63,937 bases of DNA, filler included, from an uncultured bacterium (GCA_964471275.1; 12 parts of 12 records of this genome joined end to end with filler, not necessarily neighbours in it), one strand, 5' to 3'. Counted from the first letter of the whole stretch, positions 1-10,810 are shown. Program-made: numbers and translations. Notes: generated from the letters alone by a model not told the origin.

Positions 1-154
1 TCATAGTCATTCCGCATCTGCTTGAGGAACTTCGAAAAATCCATGCAGATCCGTTTTGGGAGACGGAGAAATGAATACAGATGGGGGTACACGGGAGAGG
101 AAGGACTGCGCGAGGAATATAGCCGCAAGGGTCGGGAGGGTCAACCTCATTCCC

Positions 155-1099
155 CTATGCGGGGAGCTTCAAACCGCCCAGTTCATATGCTTTGAACACG
201 GTTTCGAGATCCTCTCTCGCTCGCTCGAGACTCGAAACAGGAACGCGACCGGATTTGATGCATTCTAGAAAGTCGTCCAGCATCGCTCCGTATCCCATCA
301 GGTCGCGGATACCGGGAAACCGCAGACACACACGCTTACTTGCCAGTCGGGCATAGATCCCGTTGCTCTCGAAAACGATTCGTCCCCGATCGCCGACGAT
401 TTCCGAGTGCTGCAGGACGCCCTGGGACACGCTTGGCGTGTTCCAGGAGTATTCAAGTTCCGCGTCTACGTCCCCGCAACACATCTCAAGCAGTGAGTGA
501 CGCTCTGGTTCGTCCTCTACCCGGCCGGGAAAGAAAGCGGCCTCGATGCTCGTAGGGCTCCCCAACAGGCCATTCAGCAGAGCAACAAAATGGATACCGC
601 CTTCGAACAGCGAACCATAGGCAGATTTCCAACCTGACGTCGCTTGTGTCATACACTTCCGCAGACGGATTCGCTGGACAACACCGATCTCTTCGTCGGT
701 GAGCCATCTCTTCAACAACGCAAGCGAGGGTTTGTAGTAGTAGTTCTCGCCAACAACCACAGGTTTGTCTCGCACGGCATCTTCGATCGCGTCTATCTCT
801 GCCCTGCTGAGACACATGGGCTTCTCGACAAATACCGTCTTGTCAGCTTCCAGTGCCCGGATCACCTGACCGGCGTGTGCCTCTGGCGGCGAGGTAATCA
901 TGATCGCGTCAACCTCGCTGACGCCAAGCGCATCATCGAGACCGCCGAACACACCCGCGCCATCAGCAGACTGATTCAGGGCTTCGGCACTTTCGAGCCG
1001 CCTGCTCTGGAAATACAGACGCGCCTTTCCCTTCAAGCGCCTCGCATGGGCGGCCGCAATCTGCCCGCAGCCCACGATACAGATACCTGGAACGCCCAC
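155..1099 (-). CDS. Gfo/Idh/MocA family oxidoreductase
   Basis: CIVGCGQIA Rossmann motif and VFVEKPM motif. GTG start at 1099 overlaps the TAG of the upstream GMC gene. Confidence 0.88.
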   Translation of the reverse strand: MGVPGICIVGCGQIAAAHARRLKGKARLYFQSRRLESAEALNQSADGAGVFGGLDDALGVSEVDAIMITSPPEAHAGQVIRALEADKTVFVEKPMCLSRAEIDAIEDAVRDKPVVVGENYYYKPSLALLKRWLTDEEIGVVQRIRLRKCMTQATSGWKSAYGSLFEGGIHFVALLNGLLGSPTSIEAAFFPGRVEDEPERHSLLEMCCGDVDAELEYSWNTPSVSQGVLQHSEIVGDRGRIVFESNGIYARLASKRVCLRFPGIRDLMGYGAMLDDFLECIKSGRVPVSSLERAREDLETVFKAYELGGLKLPA

Positions 1100-2592
1100 T
1101 AGCCTCTTGCCCGCACCAGGTGCTCGCCCACCCGAAGCCCGTTGGCGGCGATCGTCAAACTCGGATTGACGCCACCCGATGTCGGCATGAAGCACCCGTC
1201 ACTCACATAGAGGTTATCCATTTGATGCAGTTTACAGGTCGTATCGAGCGCGCTGTCATCTGCTGACATCCCCATCCGAACCGAACCGACACCGTGCGAA
1301 AAAGTATCGATCAGGTATCGGTGAGGAAACCGCCCGCCGGCTTCTTGAAGGATGGCCTTTGCCCCCTGCGTCAGCACGTTGCTGCGACTCCTGTCAGCAT
1401 CCGTGTAGTCGTGCGTCACCCGTGCCACCTCGAGACCAAACGGATCCTTCTCCCCTGCGAGCGTCACCGTGTTCTCTTCGCGCGGATCATCCTCCGCCAC
1501 ACACAGCAAATTCTGCATATAGCGGTGTGTCAGACCGATAACCCACTTCCCCCAGACGGGAGCGTGTGCCTTCATCACAACCGGGTCCGGTGTGTAGATA
1601 TCCTGAATAACACCGACGGAAGCCCCGGTATCGGATCGTTGCTGCTCGTAGAAATCCGTCAGACAGGTCTGTTTGTGAAATGTCCGCTCCGGATTGGTCT
1701 GGTAGGGAAACACGCACGTCACAATCACGTTGCAGTGTCGCATCAGGAAGCGCCCGATAAAGGGATGCACGATTCCGGATCGGAGAAGGAGCGTCGGGCT
1801 GCTCAGTGCTCCGGCGCCCAGAACAAACGTATCCGCAGTAAACGAGATCTCACTTCCGGACGAGCGATCGACACATGACAGGCTCTGGATGCACGATCCG
1901 GTCCACACAAACCGACCAGCGACACAGTTTGCAATGATTTCCAGACCCACCTTCTGGGCACCCTTTAGAACGGTTGTGGTCAGATCGTTCTTTGCCTCGA
2001 TCCGACACGGATATCCGTCACAGGTTGTGCAGAGGATGCACTGCTCTCGGGCATCGTCGGCAAAGTTGATCGCAAGGGGTATGGGAAAGGGGGTATAGCC
2101 GAGCGTTCGGGCTGCATCCTGAATGCGTTCGGCCGGGCCAGTCGGCGGAATCGGTTCGAATGGGTATGCTGCAGATCGGGAAGGCTCGTGCGGATCCAGA
2201 CCAGACGAGCCATGGATGCCAAGGAGTCGTTCGGCTTCATCGTAATGAGGCGCGAGTGTGTCGTAATCGATTGGCCATCGATCGAAATCGCTCTCCCGCA
2301 GTCGAAGTGATGCGCCACCGTAAAAGATCGATGCCCCCCCTACGGTCTCGTTCGGATACTCTGAGGGCCGTTCACCTCCATAGAGTGAAACCTGAACGGG
2401 CGATTCGCCCCTATATCGCCTGGCAAGCAGGATCGACCGCGCGTCCCAATCCTCCGCATCTCGTTCGACCCAGCCACCACGCTCGATCAGAGCGACCCGT
2501 GCACCGGCCATGGCAAGTTTGTACGCTGTTGTCGCGCCGCCGAACCCTGACCCGACCACAACAACGTCATAGTGTCTAGAGCTCGTGGACAT
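1099..2592 (-). CDS. GMC family flavin oxidoreductase
   Basis: VVVGSGFGG FAD motif, VGGASIFYGG, CILCTTCDGYPC, HGVGSVRMG, and C-terminal NPSLTIAA. Confidence 0.9.
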   Translation of the reverse strand: MSTSSRHYDVVVVGSGFGGATTAYKLAMAGARVALIERGGWVERDAEDWDARSILLARRYRGESPVQVSLYGGERPSEYPNETVGGASIFYGGASLRLRESDFDRWPIDYDTLAPHYDEAERLLGIHGSSGLDPHEPSRSAAYPFEPIPPTGPAERIQDAARTLGYTPFPIPLAINFADDAREQCILCTTCDGYPCRIEAKNDLTTTVLKGAQKVGLEIIANCVAGRFVWTGSCIQSLSCVDRSSGSEISFTADTFVLGAGALSSPTLLLRSGIVHPFIGRFLMRHCNVIVTCVFPYQTNPERTFHKQTCLTDFYEQQRSDTGASVGVIQDIYTPDPVVMKAHAPVWGKWVIGLTHRYMQNLLCVAEDDPREENTVTLAGEKDPFGLEVARVTHDYTDADRSRSNVLTQGAKAILQEAGGRFPHRYLIDTFSHGVGSVRMGMSADDSALDTTCKLHQMDNLYVSDGCFMPTSGGVNPSLTIAANGLRVGEHLVRARG

Positions 2593-3370
2593 ACAGTGCG
2601 ATCAACCCGATGATGATTGCCCAGGCGGCGTAGTGGAATTTCTCGCGGCTGTCGATCTGTACCTGTATCCGCTCGAGGTCGGGTCTGAATTTTCCCGACA
2701 TGTTCCGCTGGATGTATGTTTTGTAGTACTCAATCAGGAACCGCTCCAGACCACCGTTCATGTAGATCAGGAATCCAAGCGACACGGGAGTGTCAGGAGA
2801 GTTGAGAAAATAGAAGAGCGGGGAGGCAACAGCTAGAACGCCTGCTGATCGTTGGAATTTGAGCCATTTGAACCCCTCGAACGGAGCGTCCTTGTATGCG
2901 CCGCCCAACGACACGATCAATCCCGCCCCATAGGCGATGCCCAGAAACATCCAGAAGGAGGTGACCGGTATTGGGATCAGAGCAACGGCACAGACACCGG
3001 CAACCAGCAGAACACCACCGGCACGCCGAACGATGTCGCTCTCCACGTGCTTGCCGAGGAACGTGATGCGTGAAGGTACGAAATACTTGCTCTGATCCTC
3101 GGTACGGAAGAACCCTTTGTAGAGCTCTGCAAGGAATCGTTCAGCTCCCATAACCAGGAAGAACATCTGGAACAACTTGAGCTGACGGAAGGGAACTGCG
3201 AACGGTTCGAACGCGTAAAGGACGGCGAAGATAACGATGTGAAACGCGATACTGCGCGGAAAGGTCCTGGGCTTGAACCCTTCGTACGGAGAGTCCTTGA
3301 AGGCTCCCCACATCGACGTATAGAGCCCCGACGCGATGATGACAAGGAATGATATCCAGACTGCTGACAT
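2576..3370 (-). CDS. Uncharacterised polytopic membrane protein with internal duplication
   Basis: Hydrophobic helices; two copies of GA(F/Y)KD(S/A)P(Y/F)EGFK..F.RS and ERFL.E.YK. ATG at 3370 chosen as start. Confidence 0.75.
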   Translation of the reverse strand: MSAVWISFLVIIASGLYTSMWGAFKDSPYEGFKPRTFPRSIAFHIVIFAVLYAFEPFAVPFRQLKLFQMFFLVMGAERFLAELYKGFFRTEDQSKYFVPSRITFLGKHVESDIVRRAGGVLLVAGVCAVALIPIPVTSFWMFLGIAYGAGLIVSLGGAYKDAPFEGFKWLKFQRSAGVLAVASPLFYFLNSPDTPVSLGFLIYMNGGLERFLIEYYKTYIQRNMSGKFRPDLERIQVQIDSREKFHYAAWAIIIGLIALYVHEL

Positions 3371-3505
3371 GATGCCCCCGGTTCCGGCGATGACGGTTGA
3401 GTTTGGAAGAAAGTAGGTTTGTGCCGATTGGGGGTCAAGGCGGCAAACAGAAGGCGGACTGCATTCGCGCACTCCACCCTGAGCCCTCGCCTTGGCACCT
3501 CATCT

Positions 3506-5486
3506 TCAGTCTCCGGAAACCACCCTTTTCCTCGGTGGGCTCACCGAGTCGGCGGGAACATCCAACCTGCGCTCCAGGACCTGCAGGATCGCTGGCAACA
3601 CGACTACAGCGGTCAGGAAGCTTGCAAAGAGTCCGATCAGTGCCAGCAAGCCGATCGAGTTGAGACCGGGGTGTGTCGCCATCTTCAACCCGAAAAACCC
3701 GACCATAGTCGTCAACATCGACACAAACATCGCGCCGCCTGTACTCCGGAGCACGTGCAGCAGAGAACCCGGGCCTTCTTCCCGATACCGGTGGTAGAGA
3801 TGCACGCCGTTATCGATACCCATGCCGATAATCGTCGGCAGCGCGACCATATTATAGAAATTGAGCTTCATCCCGAACAGATACATCACACCGCACATCC
3901 AGACGGTGCCACAAAGCAGCGGAAACATCACAAGGAGTGCGTCCCGAAACTTCCGAAAATCGATCAGAACGATCAGGAACACGACGCTGACCGTCACACT
4001 GATTGCCATCGGACTGTCTCTCAGCATCAGCCGCAGCATGTCGGAGAACACAATACTGGCACTGGAGGAGTAGTGGATTTTCCCGTCGGGAGTCACGATT
4101 TCCTGGGCATCATCCGCAAAAGCCATTGCGTTCTTCCCATCCCGGAGCTGTACATCGGGGTAGACGAACGCAAAGTGGGCCCTGCTCCCATCGATGATCT
4201 GAAACTTACGTAGAATCATCGCCGGAAGGTCATCCACAGACAGCTCTCTCACATCGAGCAACTCCCGAAGATCCTCTAATCGGCCCTTCTGCTCGCCCTT
4301 CAAGAGCTTGGCGCCTTCCCCATTTGCCAGCTCTCTGATCTCATCGACAATGTCGAGCTTGTCATCCTGAAGTTTCGGAAGAAACGAATGGAGCGTGCGC
4401 ACCGTGTGAATCGTCGGCGTCTCTGTGTCCTCCTCGATCTTCTTCTTCACTGCGAACACGATGCCGTCGAGCTCTTGCTTGCCGCTCGCCAGCACGATCG
4501 AAGGTGATGCCGAAAGCGCATTGAACGGCGAAATCAGGTCGATCTTCTTCTTCACAGCGACGGATGCAGGCAGGTTCGATCGCAAATTCGTGAAATCGTA
4601 TTCAAAGGCGATTTTGTGGAGATTCGTGAGAAAAAAGACCGTGAGAACCAGGCTGACACCCAGGATTGCCTTGCCTGCCGGAAAGGGTTCTTGCCCGTTC
4701 GCAAGTCCCTTGTGACCCCAGACTTCCTTCATCCGAATCAGACCGAACTTCTCGTCTGCAAGCCTGAGAAACGCCGGCAGTACCGTGGTCATGGACACCA
4801 GTGACATCAGGATACCCGCGCCGACGATGAACCCGAACTCTGAGAATCCTTTGAAATCCGTGATCGTCAACGAGAAGAAGGCCATCGATGTCGTCAGCGC
4901 AGCCGTCAAAACGGCCTGTCCTGTCTTTATCAACATTGAGTCGAGTGCCGTCTTCACATCCTTCCGGGCAACACGATCCTCCAGATACCGCGCAAACAGG
5001 TGTATACCGAAATCGATGCCGAGCCCGAAAAGGATCACAAACAGGAAGGCCGTCATCGTGTTCAGATTGCCGATTACAAAGTAGGTCAGGGCAAAAGACC
5101 AGATCAGCCCCATCATCAGGGGAATGGCAACAAAAACGGCAGCCAATGGCTGCCTGAAGTAAATCGTCAGGATCAGAACGACCCCGATGATGCCATATAC
5201 AAGGGTCGATTTAACATCGTTTATGATGACATCATACTCGTCGATCTTGTTCTTGTAGGTACCGCCATACTCGACGAACATCGATGGATGGTAGGCAGCC
5301 GGGCCCAGCTTAGCCACCGCATCCTGTAGAACGCGGTGCATCTTCTTTGTGAACCCAACATTGCTGACCGTGCCCGCTGCCTCGACCTCCAGTGCCACGA
5401 TGGTCTTCCCTGGATCCGTAAAGTAGGGATCTGCTGCTCCACCAGCGCCGTACTTCTCCTGTATGTCTGAAAAATCGAGTTCCGCT
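3506..5486 (-). CDS. MMPL/RND family transporter (5' truncated by contig end)
   Basis: Two TM bundles with GLGIDFGIH and GMGIDNGVH motifs; frame open to the gap. Confidence 0.9.
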
Positions 5487-5586
5487 NNNNNNNNNNNNNN
5501 NNNNNNNNNNNNNNNNNNNNNNNNNNNNNNTTAATTAATTAANNNNNNNNNNNNNNNNNNNNNNNNNNNNNNNNNNNNNNNNNNNN
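5487..5586. other. Artificial contig spacer, first of 11 (others at 11064-11163, 16615-16714, 22161-22260, 27699-27798, 33186-33285, 38662-38761, 44130-44229, 49532-49631, 54853-54952, 60085-60184)
   Basis: Identical 100-bp N blocks with a six-frame-stop linker TTAATTAATTAA; genes are cut at the edges; contig lengths decrease monotonically. Confidence 0.98.
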
Positions 5587-5731
5587 CAAGGCGTGGCAAG
5601 GGAAAACGGGCCCTGGAAGCCGAACGTAGAGGGCGTCCTGAACATCCGACTATTTTCCTTGGTATGGTCGCTTTACCTATATTTCCGAGTGGAGTTCGTA
5701 AGCCGATTCATTTCAACGCGTTGAGCCATAA

Positions 5732-7018
5732 ATGATCCTCAGACTGTATCTCATTCGGGAGCAGATTGCTCCTTTTCTGTTCAGTTTCTCAGTCATCATG
5801 TTTCTGCTGATGCTCGACACGATCCTCCAGCAGATCGACATGATTCTAGGACGCGGTGTGTCCTGGGAAGTTGCAGCCGAACTGTTTTTTCTCCACACTG
5901 CCTGGCAGGTCGCTCTGGCTGTCCCGATGTCTGTTCTGGCGGGAAGCCTTATGGCCTTCGGCAGGCTCAGCGGCGACAACGAAATCGTCGCGATGCGTAC
6001 GCTGGGCGTGAGTGTTTCAGGGCTTGTTCTGCCAGCATTCCTTGCCGGCGGCTGTCTCGCCATTCTACTCGTGTTCTTTAATGATCGGATCCTCCCGGAT
6101 TTCAACCACCGGGCTCGTTTGCTCACGATGGACATCAAGCGCAAACGTCCCACCGTAGCCTTCCAGGACCGGGCCGGCATCCTGATCGACGATTTCCGAG
6201 ACTACCACATTCTGATTGGTGAGGTCGATGATCGGGCTGGAATTCGTGATGTGCTGATCTACAAGTATGAGTCTACCGGCTTTCCGGTTACCCTGAGCGC
6301 GCGGTAGGGCACGATAGACTTCGCCGAGGGTACAGACGACGTCTTTCTGACGTTGCTTGATGGTGAGGTGCACCGTCTCGACGAGGAAACGCCCGACGTC
6401 TTTGTGACGGGTGAGTTCAAGAAACTCACGCTGCGGCTGGGGGAGGAGGGAGGGCATCTGTCCCGCACGGTCTCCGGGTATCGGAACGACCGGGAGATGG
6501 ATATCGTCACGATGTGGTCCCGCGTCTCTGACTACGAAACCGTGGCCGACTCACTGCAAGCATCGGCGTCGGAACGGTGGGCGGGGTTTGTAGAACGGGC
6601 CTTATTCGGGACCGGAGCCTCTACGGATGAGAAGACGGGTGACGAGGGCGGCGACCCGGCGGACCTGAGGCGCGTGGCGGGACGGTCTACCTCTGATGTT
6701 ACTCTGGCGGGACACAAGCTCCGGCAAGCGGGACGGCTGCGTGTGGAGATCCACAAGAAGCTCTCCATCCCGGTTGCGTGCGTCGTGTTTGTGTTGATCG
6801 GTGCGCCACTGGGAATCTACGTAAAGCGAGGCGGCGCAGCGACGGGTGCCGCTCTAAGCATCGGATTCTTCCTGATCTACTGGGTATTCCTTATTTCTGG
6901 TGAGAAACTCGCCGACCGTGCCGTGATTGCACCCTGGGTCGCCATGTGGAGCCCAAACATCGTCCTGGGACTTGCTGGACTCGCACTGATTGCCTGCCTG
7001 TCGAGGCGTGGGCGATGA
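5732..7018 (+). CDS. lptF: LPS export permease LptF, interrupted by an in-frame TAG at 6305-6307
   Basis: YjgP/YjgQ motifs (LAVPMSVL..FGRLSGDNEIVAM; VEIHKKLSIPVAC; WVAMWSPN). The two ORFs 5732-6307 and 6353-7018 share a frame and are separated by one stop. Confidence 0.85.
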
Positions 7019-8079
7019 GGATCATCCGACGGTATGTTCTGGCGCAGTTCATCGGATCGTTTGGCGTGAGCGCTGCCGCTTTTGTCGTCATCTTCATCGT
7101 TATCGATCTCTCGAATCGCATCAGTGCGTATCTGGACAGGGGAGCGAGTGCGGTCGAGATCGCGGCCTACTATGTCTGGTCCGTCCCTTACTTCATGTTT
7201 CTGGCCCTGCCGATGGCCATGTTGCTTGGCAGCCTGTTCTGTCTTGGAGGACTTGCGCGTCGCAACGAGTTGTCTGCGATGAAGGCTTCTGGAATCAGTC
7301 TCTACAGGATCCTGCTGCCCATCCAGCTGTTTGCGATGGTCACCAGCCTGGGGGTCTGGGAAGCGTCCTCTGCTCTGGTGCCGCGAGCAAACCGAGAGCG
7401 GGCCGCACGCACGTTCTCTTCCCCCTCGCCAGCCAGACAGCATCGGGTTCAGCTGGTTGTCCGTGACGAGGGCGGTCAGGTAGTAACGATGGGCGAGTAC
7501 CGCGTTGATCAGAAGCGAGCAAAGCGCGTGATGGTCGATCGTTATGCAGACGGTGTTCTGATGTCGAAGGTTCGGGCAAGCGAACTCGTCTGGGTCGGTG
7601 ATGGGTGGGTGTTCGTGGACGGGGAGAGGCGGTTATTCGACAGCAAAGGTGAGCACGTGGCCGCATTCGATTCCGTACGGGCGGATGCTATGACGCTGTT
7701 GCCCGATGATTTCAGCCGGCAATCCCGACCGATAGAGCAGATCGACACGCCAGCGCTCCGGAAACTTGTCGAGCGCAAACGCATGAATGGTTTAGAGGCG
7801 TCGCGTGACCGGGTCGAACTGGATCTCCGGATGGCATTCTCATTCAGTGGCCTTGTGATGGTCCTGTTTGGTCTCCCGCTCTCATCCCACACACGACACG
7901 CAAGTCGCCCACTCCAGGTTGGGATTTGCCTACTGGTCAGCTTCGTGTTTTACGGATCTCTCCAGGCCACACGTGCCATGGGGTGGAACGGTCTCCTCGA
8001 TCCGACGGTTGCCGCGTGGGGACCGAACGTGATCTTCCTTGCAATCGGTAGCTTGATGCTGAGTCGGGCGCACACGTGA
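7015..8079 (+). CDS. lptG: LPS export permease LptG
   Basis: YjgP/YjgQ family (LPMAMLLGSL..LARRNELSAMKASGISL; AAWGPN); ATGA overlap with lptF. Confidence 0.88.
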   Translation: MRIIRRYVLAQFIGSFGVSAAAFVVIFIVIDLSNRISAYLDRGASAVEIAAYYVWSVPYFMFLALPMAMLLGSLFCLGGLARRNELSAMKASGISLYRILLPIQLFAMVTSLGVWEASSALVPRANRERAARTFSSPSPARQHRVQLVVRDEGGQVVTMGEYRVDQKRAKRVMVDRYADGVLMSKVRASELVWVGDGWVFVDGERRLFDSKGEHVAAFDSVRADAMTLLPDDFSRQSRPIEQIDTPALRKLVERKRMNGLEASRDRVELDLRMAFSFSGLVMVLFGLPLSSHTRHASRPLQVGICLLVSFVFYGSLQATRAMGWNGLLDPTVAAWGPNVIFLAIGSLMLSRAHT

Positions 8080-8122
8080 GTTGATCGGAAGCGTGGTGCG
8101 TTGTCGAGATGATCGTAGGGGG

Positions 8123-9037
8123 CTAGAAGAGCGAACGTCTTTGCCGATTACCCAGGATGTAGTTCAGCGGGTCTTGAGCCTTGTTGTCGCAGATTACTGC
8201 GTAATGCAGGTGGACAGCGGTTGTTCTGCCCGTGTCACTCATCTTTCCGATGATGTCGCCTCTCGACACGTGTTGTCCTGGCTTCACGAGGCGGTGCCCT
8301 TCCAGATGCGCATAGACTGTCCTCAGACCGTGCCCGTGGTCGATGGATACCATACTGCCAAGTCTGTTGTGTGACCGAGCCGCATCGACCCGACCGTCCG
8401 CCGTTGCGACGATCGGTGTTCCCTTCCGTCCCGCGATGTCGATTCCGTTGTTGAACGAACGCTGACCCGTTATGGGGTCTGTTCGATACCCGAAATTCGA
8501 GGAGTACCAGCCATCTCCCCTTACCGGGAAGACGGATGGGATGTGTCTGCGTGTGTCTCCGCTCTCGTGCAGGGCGTTGAGAAGGTTTTCGTAACCGTCG
8601 ACGAGACGGTTGGCATCGCGGGTCAGCTGATCCAGACTCCCGTACCCATCGTTCGTCAGGGCGTATGGGTCATCGTTCTGGTCGTAGCCCGAGGCAAGAG
8701 GTTCGTCGTGTTGGTCCGCCGTGGGATCTGTCATGCGTGCGAATGTCCGCATTCGTGTATCCGCCATGGCGAGGTCGCTCACGCGAGATGACAGACCGGT
8801 CATTCGTGACCTCAGCTCGGATAGATGGCTACCAAGCTCCTGATTCTCAACCTTTAGACCGGCGTATGCCAGTTCGGCACCCCGGCGTGCATAGTAGCCG
8901 TAGGTAAAGTAGAATGCGGTACAGATGAACAGGACCAGGAGTGTGGCTGCGCACCACAACAGCGGGGTGCCCAGGTTAAACTCACGCACGTGGTCATCAT
9001 TGTGCGGGATGGCCATTAATGTGAGGAATCGCTTCAC
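8123..9037 (-). CDS. M23 family peptidase
   Basis: N-terminal TM and coiled coil; GIDIA, YAHL and HLHY motifs. The first His of HxxxD appears as Asn (FNNGID). Confidence 0.85.
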   Translation of the reverse strand: MKRFLTLMAIPHNDDHVREFNLGTPLLWCAATLLVLFICTAFYFTYGYYARRGAELAYAGLKVENQELGSHLSELRSRMTGLSSRVSDLAMADTRMRTFARMTDPTADQHDEPLASGYDQNDDPYALTNDGYGSLDQLTRDANRLVDGYENLLNALHESGDTRRHIPSVFPVRGDGWYSSNFGYRTDPITGQRSFNNGIDIAGRKGTPIVATADGRVDAARSHNRLGSMVSIDHGHGLRTVYAHLEGHRLVKPGQHVSRGDIIGKMSDTGRTTAVHLHYAVICDNKAQDPLNYILGNRQRRSLF

Positions 9038-10401
9038 GTGGGCGCCCCAATCTTCACCGCCTCTTCTGCGAGTCGTTCGGCCACATCTTCCCTCACGGAC
9101 GACAGCAGTTCCTGGTTGTCCACGCAGAATACCCGGACGACTCTTGCCTGGGCCTCGAAGTTCCCGATCAGAGACTCCTTTAGCATCGAAATTTCCGGAT
9201 CATCGAATGACAGCGGTGCCGGCTTGCTGATCGGGACATTGGCTCCAAAGAATACTTTGAGATCTACCTCCGGACTCTTGCTGAATCTTGGGATATCGAT
9301 GAGGATTTCATCTCCGCGTAGGCGCAATCCGGTCTTCTTCGAATAGGCTTCACACAGGCGAACTTCCAGGGCACGCCTGACCTCGGGTGCGTAATAGAGT
9401 GAGGCAAACAGCGAGAACAATGCCTCCTGTTCACCGTATGGCAGGAAGATACGTGCGACTTTGTGGAGCTTGCGACGCTTGAGTCTGCCGACCATGCTCT
9501 CGCGCTTGGAAAGGTCTCGGCGCTCGATTTCCTGTTCCAGTCGGTGAACGAGATCAGCCTCTGTGGATCGAAGGAAATCGGACTCGGTAAGTCCGCAATC
9601 CGGGTGGGTGAAGAGATCCTGTACGCCACGTTTGAACATGGCATTTGCCGATCGGACCGCGTGATGCCAGTAGACATTCCGATACATCAAGTAGCTTGTG
9701 AAGATGAGGGCCTCGACGGCCGAAACCCCCTTATATGTGATTGCCGGACGCTCGCCCTCTGCGTCGTAGGTGATCGACCCGATCAGACGATCACGATTAA
9801 CGCTTTCACCGAAGGGGACGCCACAGTAGCGTGCATCTCTGAGCAGGTAGTCGATTTTGTCTGGATCGAGTGTCCCTGACAGGATATGCGCAAGTCGAAG
9901 GTCCTCCCTGGGGATGTCCACTTGCTTGTTCTCGTAATCGATGACGTTGGCCACGCGTGCTGGATCAATGCCGGCACCCACGAGCGCGCGATTCACCTCA
10001 GTCCCAGAATCCTGTATGATCTGCCGTCCTCGCTTCTCGTGGTCGACGAAGAACGCCTGCATCTCCTCCAGCAGGTGAGAAAAGGGGTAGTGCCCGATGT
10101 CGTGGAGTAAGCTGGCGGCAAGTAGGACCCGGACGTCATCTTCGGTGAAGTCCGGTGACGGTGTGGATTCGAGGAGCTGACGTGCGAACTGGCCTGCAAG
10201 GTGGAATACGCCCAGAGAGTGCTCGAAACGAGAATGGCGAGCACCGGGGTAGACCAGGAGCACGTGTCCCAACTGCGAGATATCACGTAGTCTCTGGTAG
10301 TCTTCAGAATCGACGACGTCGACAAGCTCATCGGGGATGGTGATATAACCCCAAATCGGGTCGCGAATATCCTTCCCGCTATCCAGATAACTCAGATCCA
10401 C
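9034..10401 (-). CDS. HD-domain phosphohydrolase (dNTPase/SAMHD1-like)
   Basis: IRDPIWGYI, HSRFEHSLG, LLHDIGHYPFSH, DPDKIDYLLRD, VYWHHAVR; GTG start at 10401. Confidence 0.9.
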   Translation of the reverse strand: MDLSYLDSGKDIRDPIWGYITIPDELVDVVDSEDYQRLRDISQLGHVLLVYPGARHSRFEHSLGVFHLAGQFARQLLESTPSPDFTEDDVRVLLAASLLHDIGHYPFSHLLEEMQAFFVDHEKRGRQIIQDSGTEVNRALVGAGIDPARVANVIDYENKQVDIPREDLRLAHILSGTLDPDKIDYLLRDARYCGVPFGESVNRDRLIGSITYDAEGERPAITYKGVSAVEALIFTSYLMYRNVYWHHAVRSANAMFKRGVQDLFTHPDCGLTESDFLRSTEADLVHRLEQEIERRDLSKRESMVGRLKRRKLHKVARIFLPYGEQEALFSLFASLYYAPEVRRALEVRLCEAYSKKTGLRLRGDEILIDIPRFSKSPEVDLKVFFGANVPISKPAPLSFDDPEISMLKESLIGNFEAQARVVRVFCVDNQELLSSVREDVAERLAEEAVKIGAPT

Positions 10402-10414
10402 TGAAGGCCGTCGA

Positions 10415-10810
10415 TCACGGGGGCGCAGGCGCGCCCGTTCGGAGGTGCCCGGCCTTGCGTTGCGATTCGACCAACTGCTGATTGGTGTTGTCGAGCCGGG
10501 CCGAAAGTGTCTGGATGATGTTTCGGAAGATGACAAAGCCGATGTTTGGGAACTTCTTGAGCAGGACCTCGAATTTGATCTTGCTGATTTCGAATACGTT
10601 GGCTTTGCCAGATACGATCGCGTTGGTCGTTCGGGGTTGATTGGTAATGATTCCAATCTCGCCAACTGACGTTATCGGTGAGAGTTTTGCCAGGGCTGTA
10701 CCATCCGGTGCAGTGACGATGAGTTTGCCGGAAAGGAGGATATACATCTCGGTACTCTTGATCTTGGCCAGAATGCCGATGAACCGTTTCGTGTTTTCGT
10801 TTATTTCCAT
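10415..10810 (-). CDS. Cyclic-nucleotide-binding domain protein, apparently internally deleted
   Basis: EMYILLSG, VGEIGII and QPRT cNMP motifs; the usual N-terminal helical segment before EMYILLSG seems to be missing. Confidence 0.6.
   Translation of the reverse strand: MEINENTKRFIGILAKIKSTEMYILLSGKLIVTAPDGTALAKLSPITSVGEIGIITNQPRTTNAIVSGKANVFEISKIKFEVLLKKFPNIGFVIFRNIIQTLSARLDNTNQQLVESQRKAGHLRTGAPAPP

Noticed and set aside
5487..5586. Regularly spaced TTAATTAATTAA motif about every 5.4 kb
   Set aside because: Artificial six-frame-stop linker inside N spacers; not biological, and cross-spacer gene neighbourhoods are invalid.
9034..10401. HD protein as an anti-phage dNTPase
   Set aside because: Housekeeping-like context (coupled to an M23 gene, next to lptFG) with no defence genes nearby; cannot be supported.
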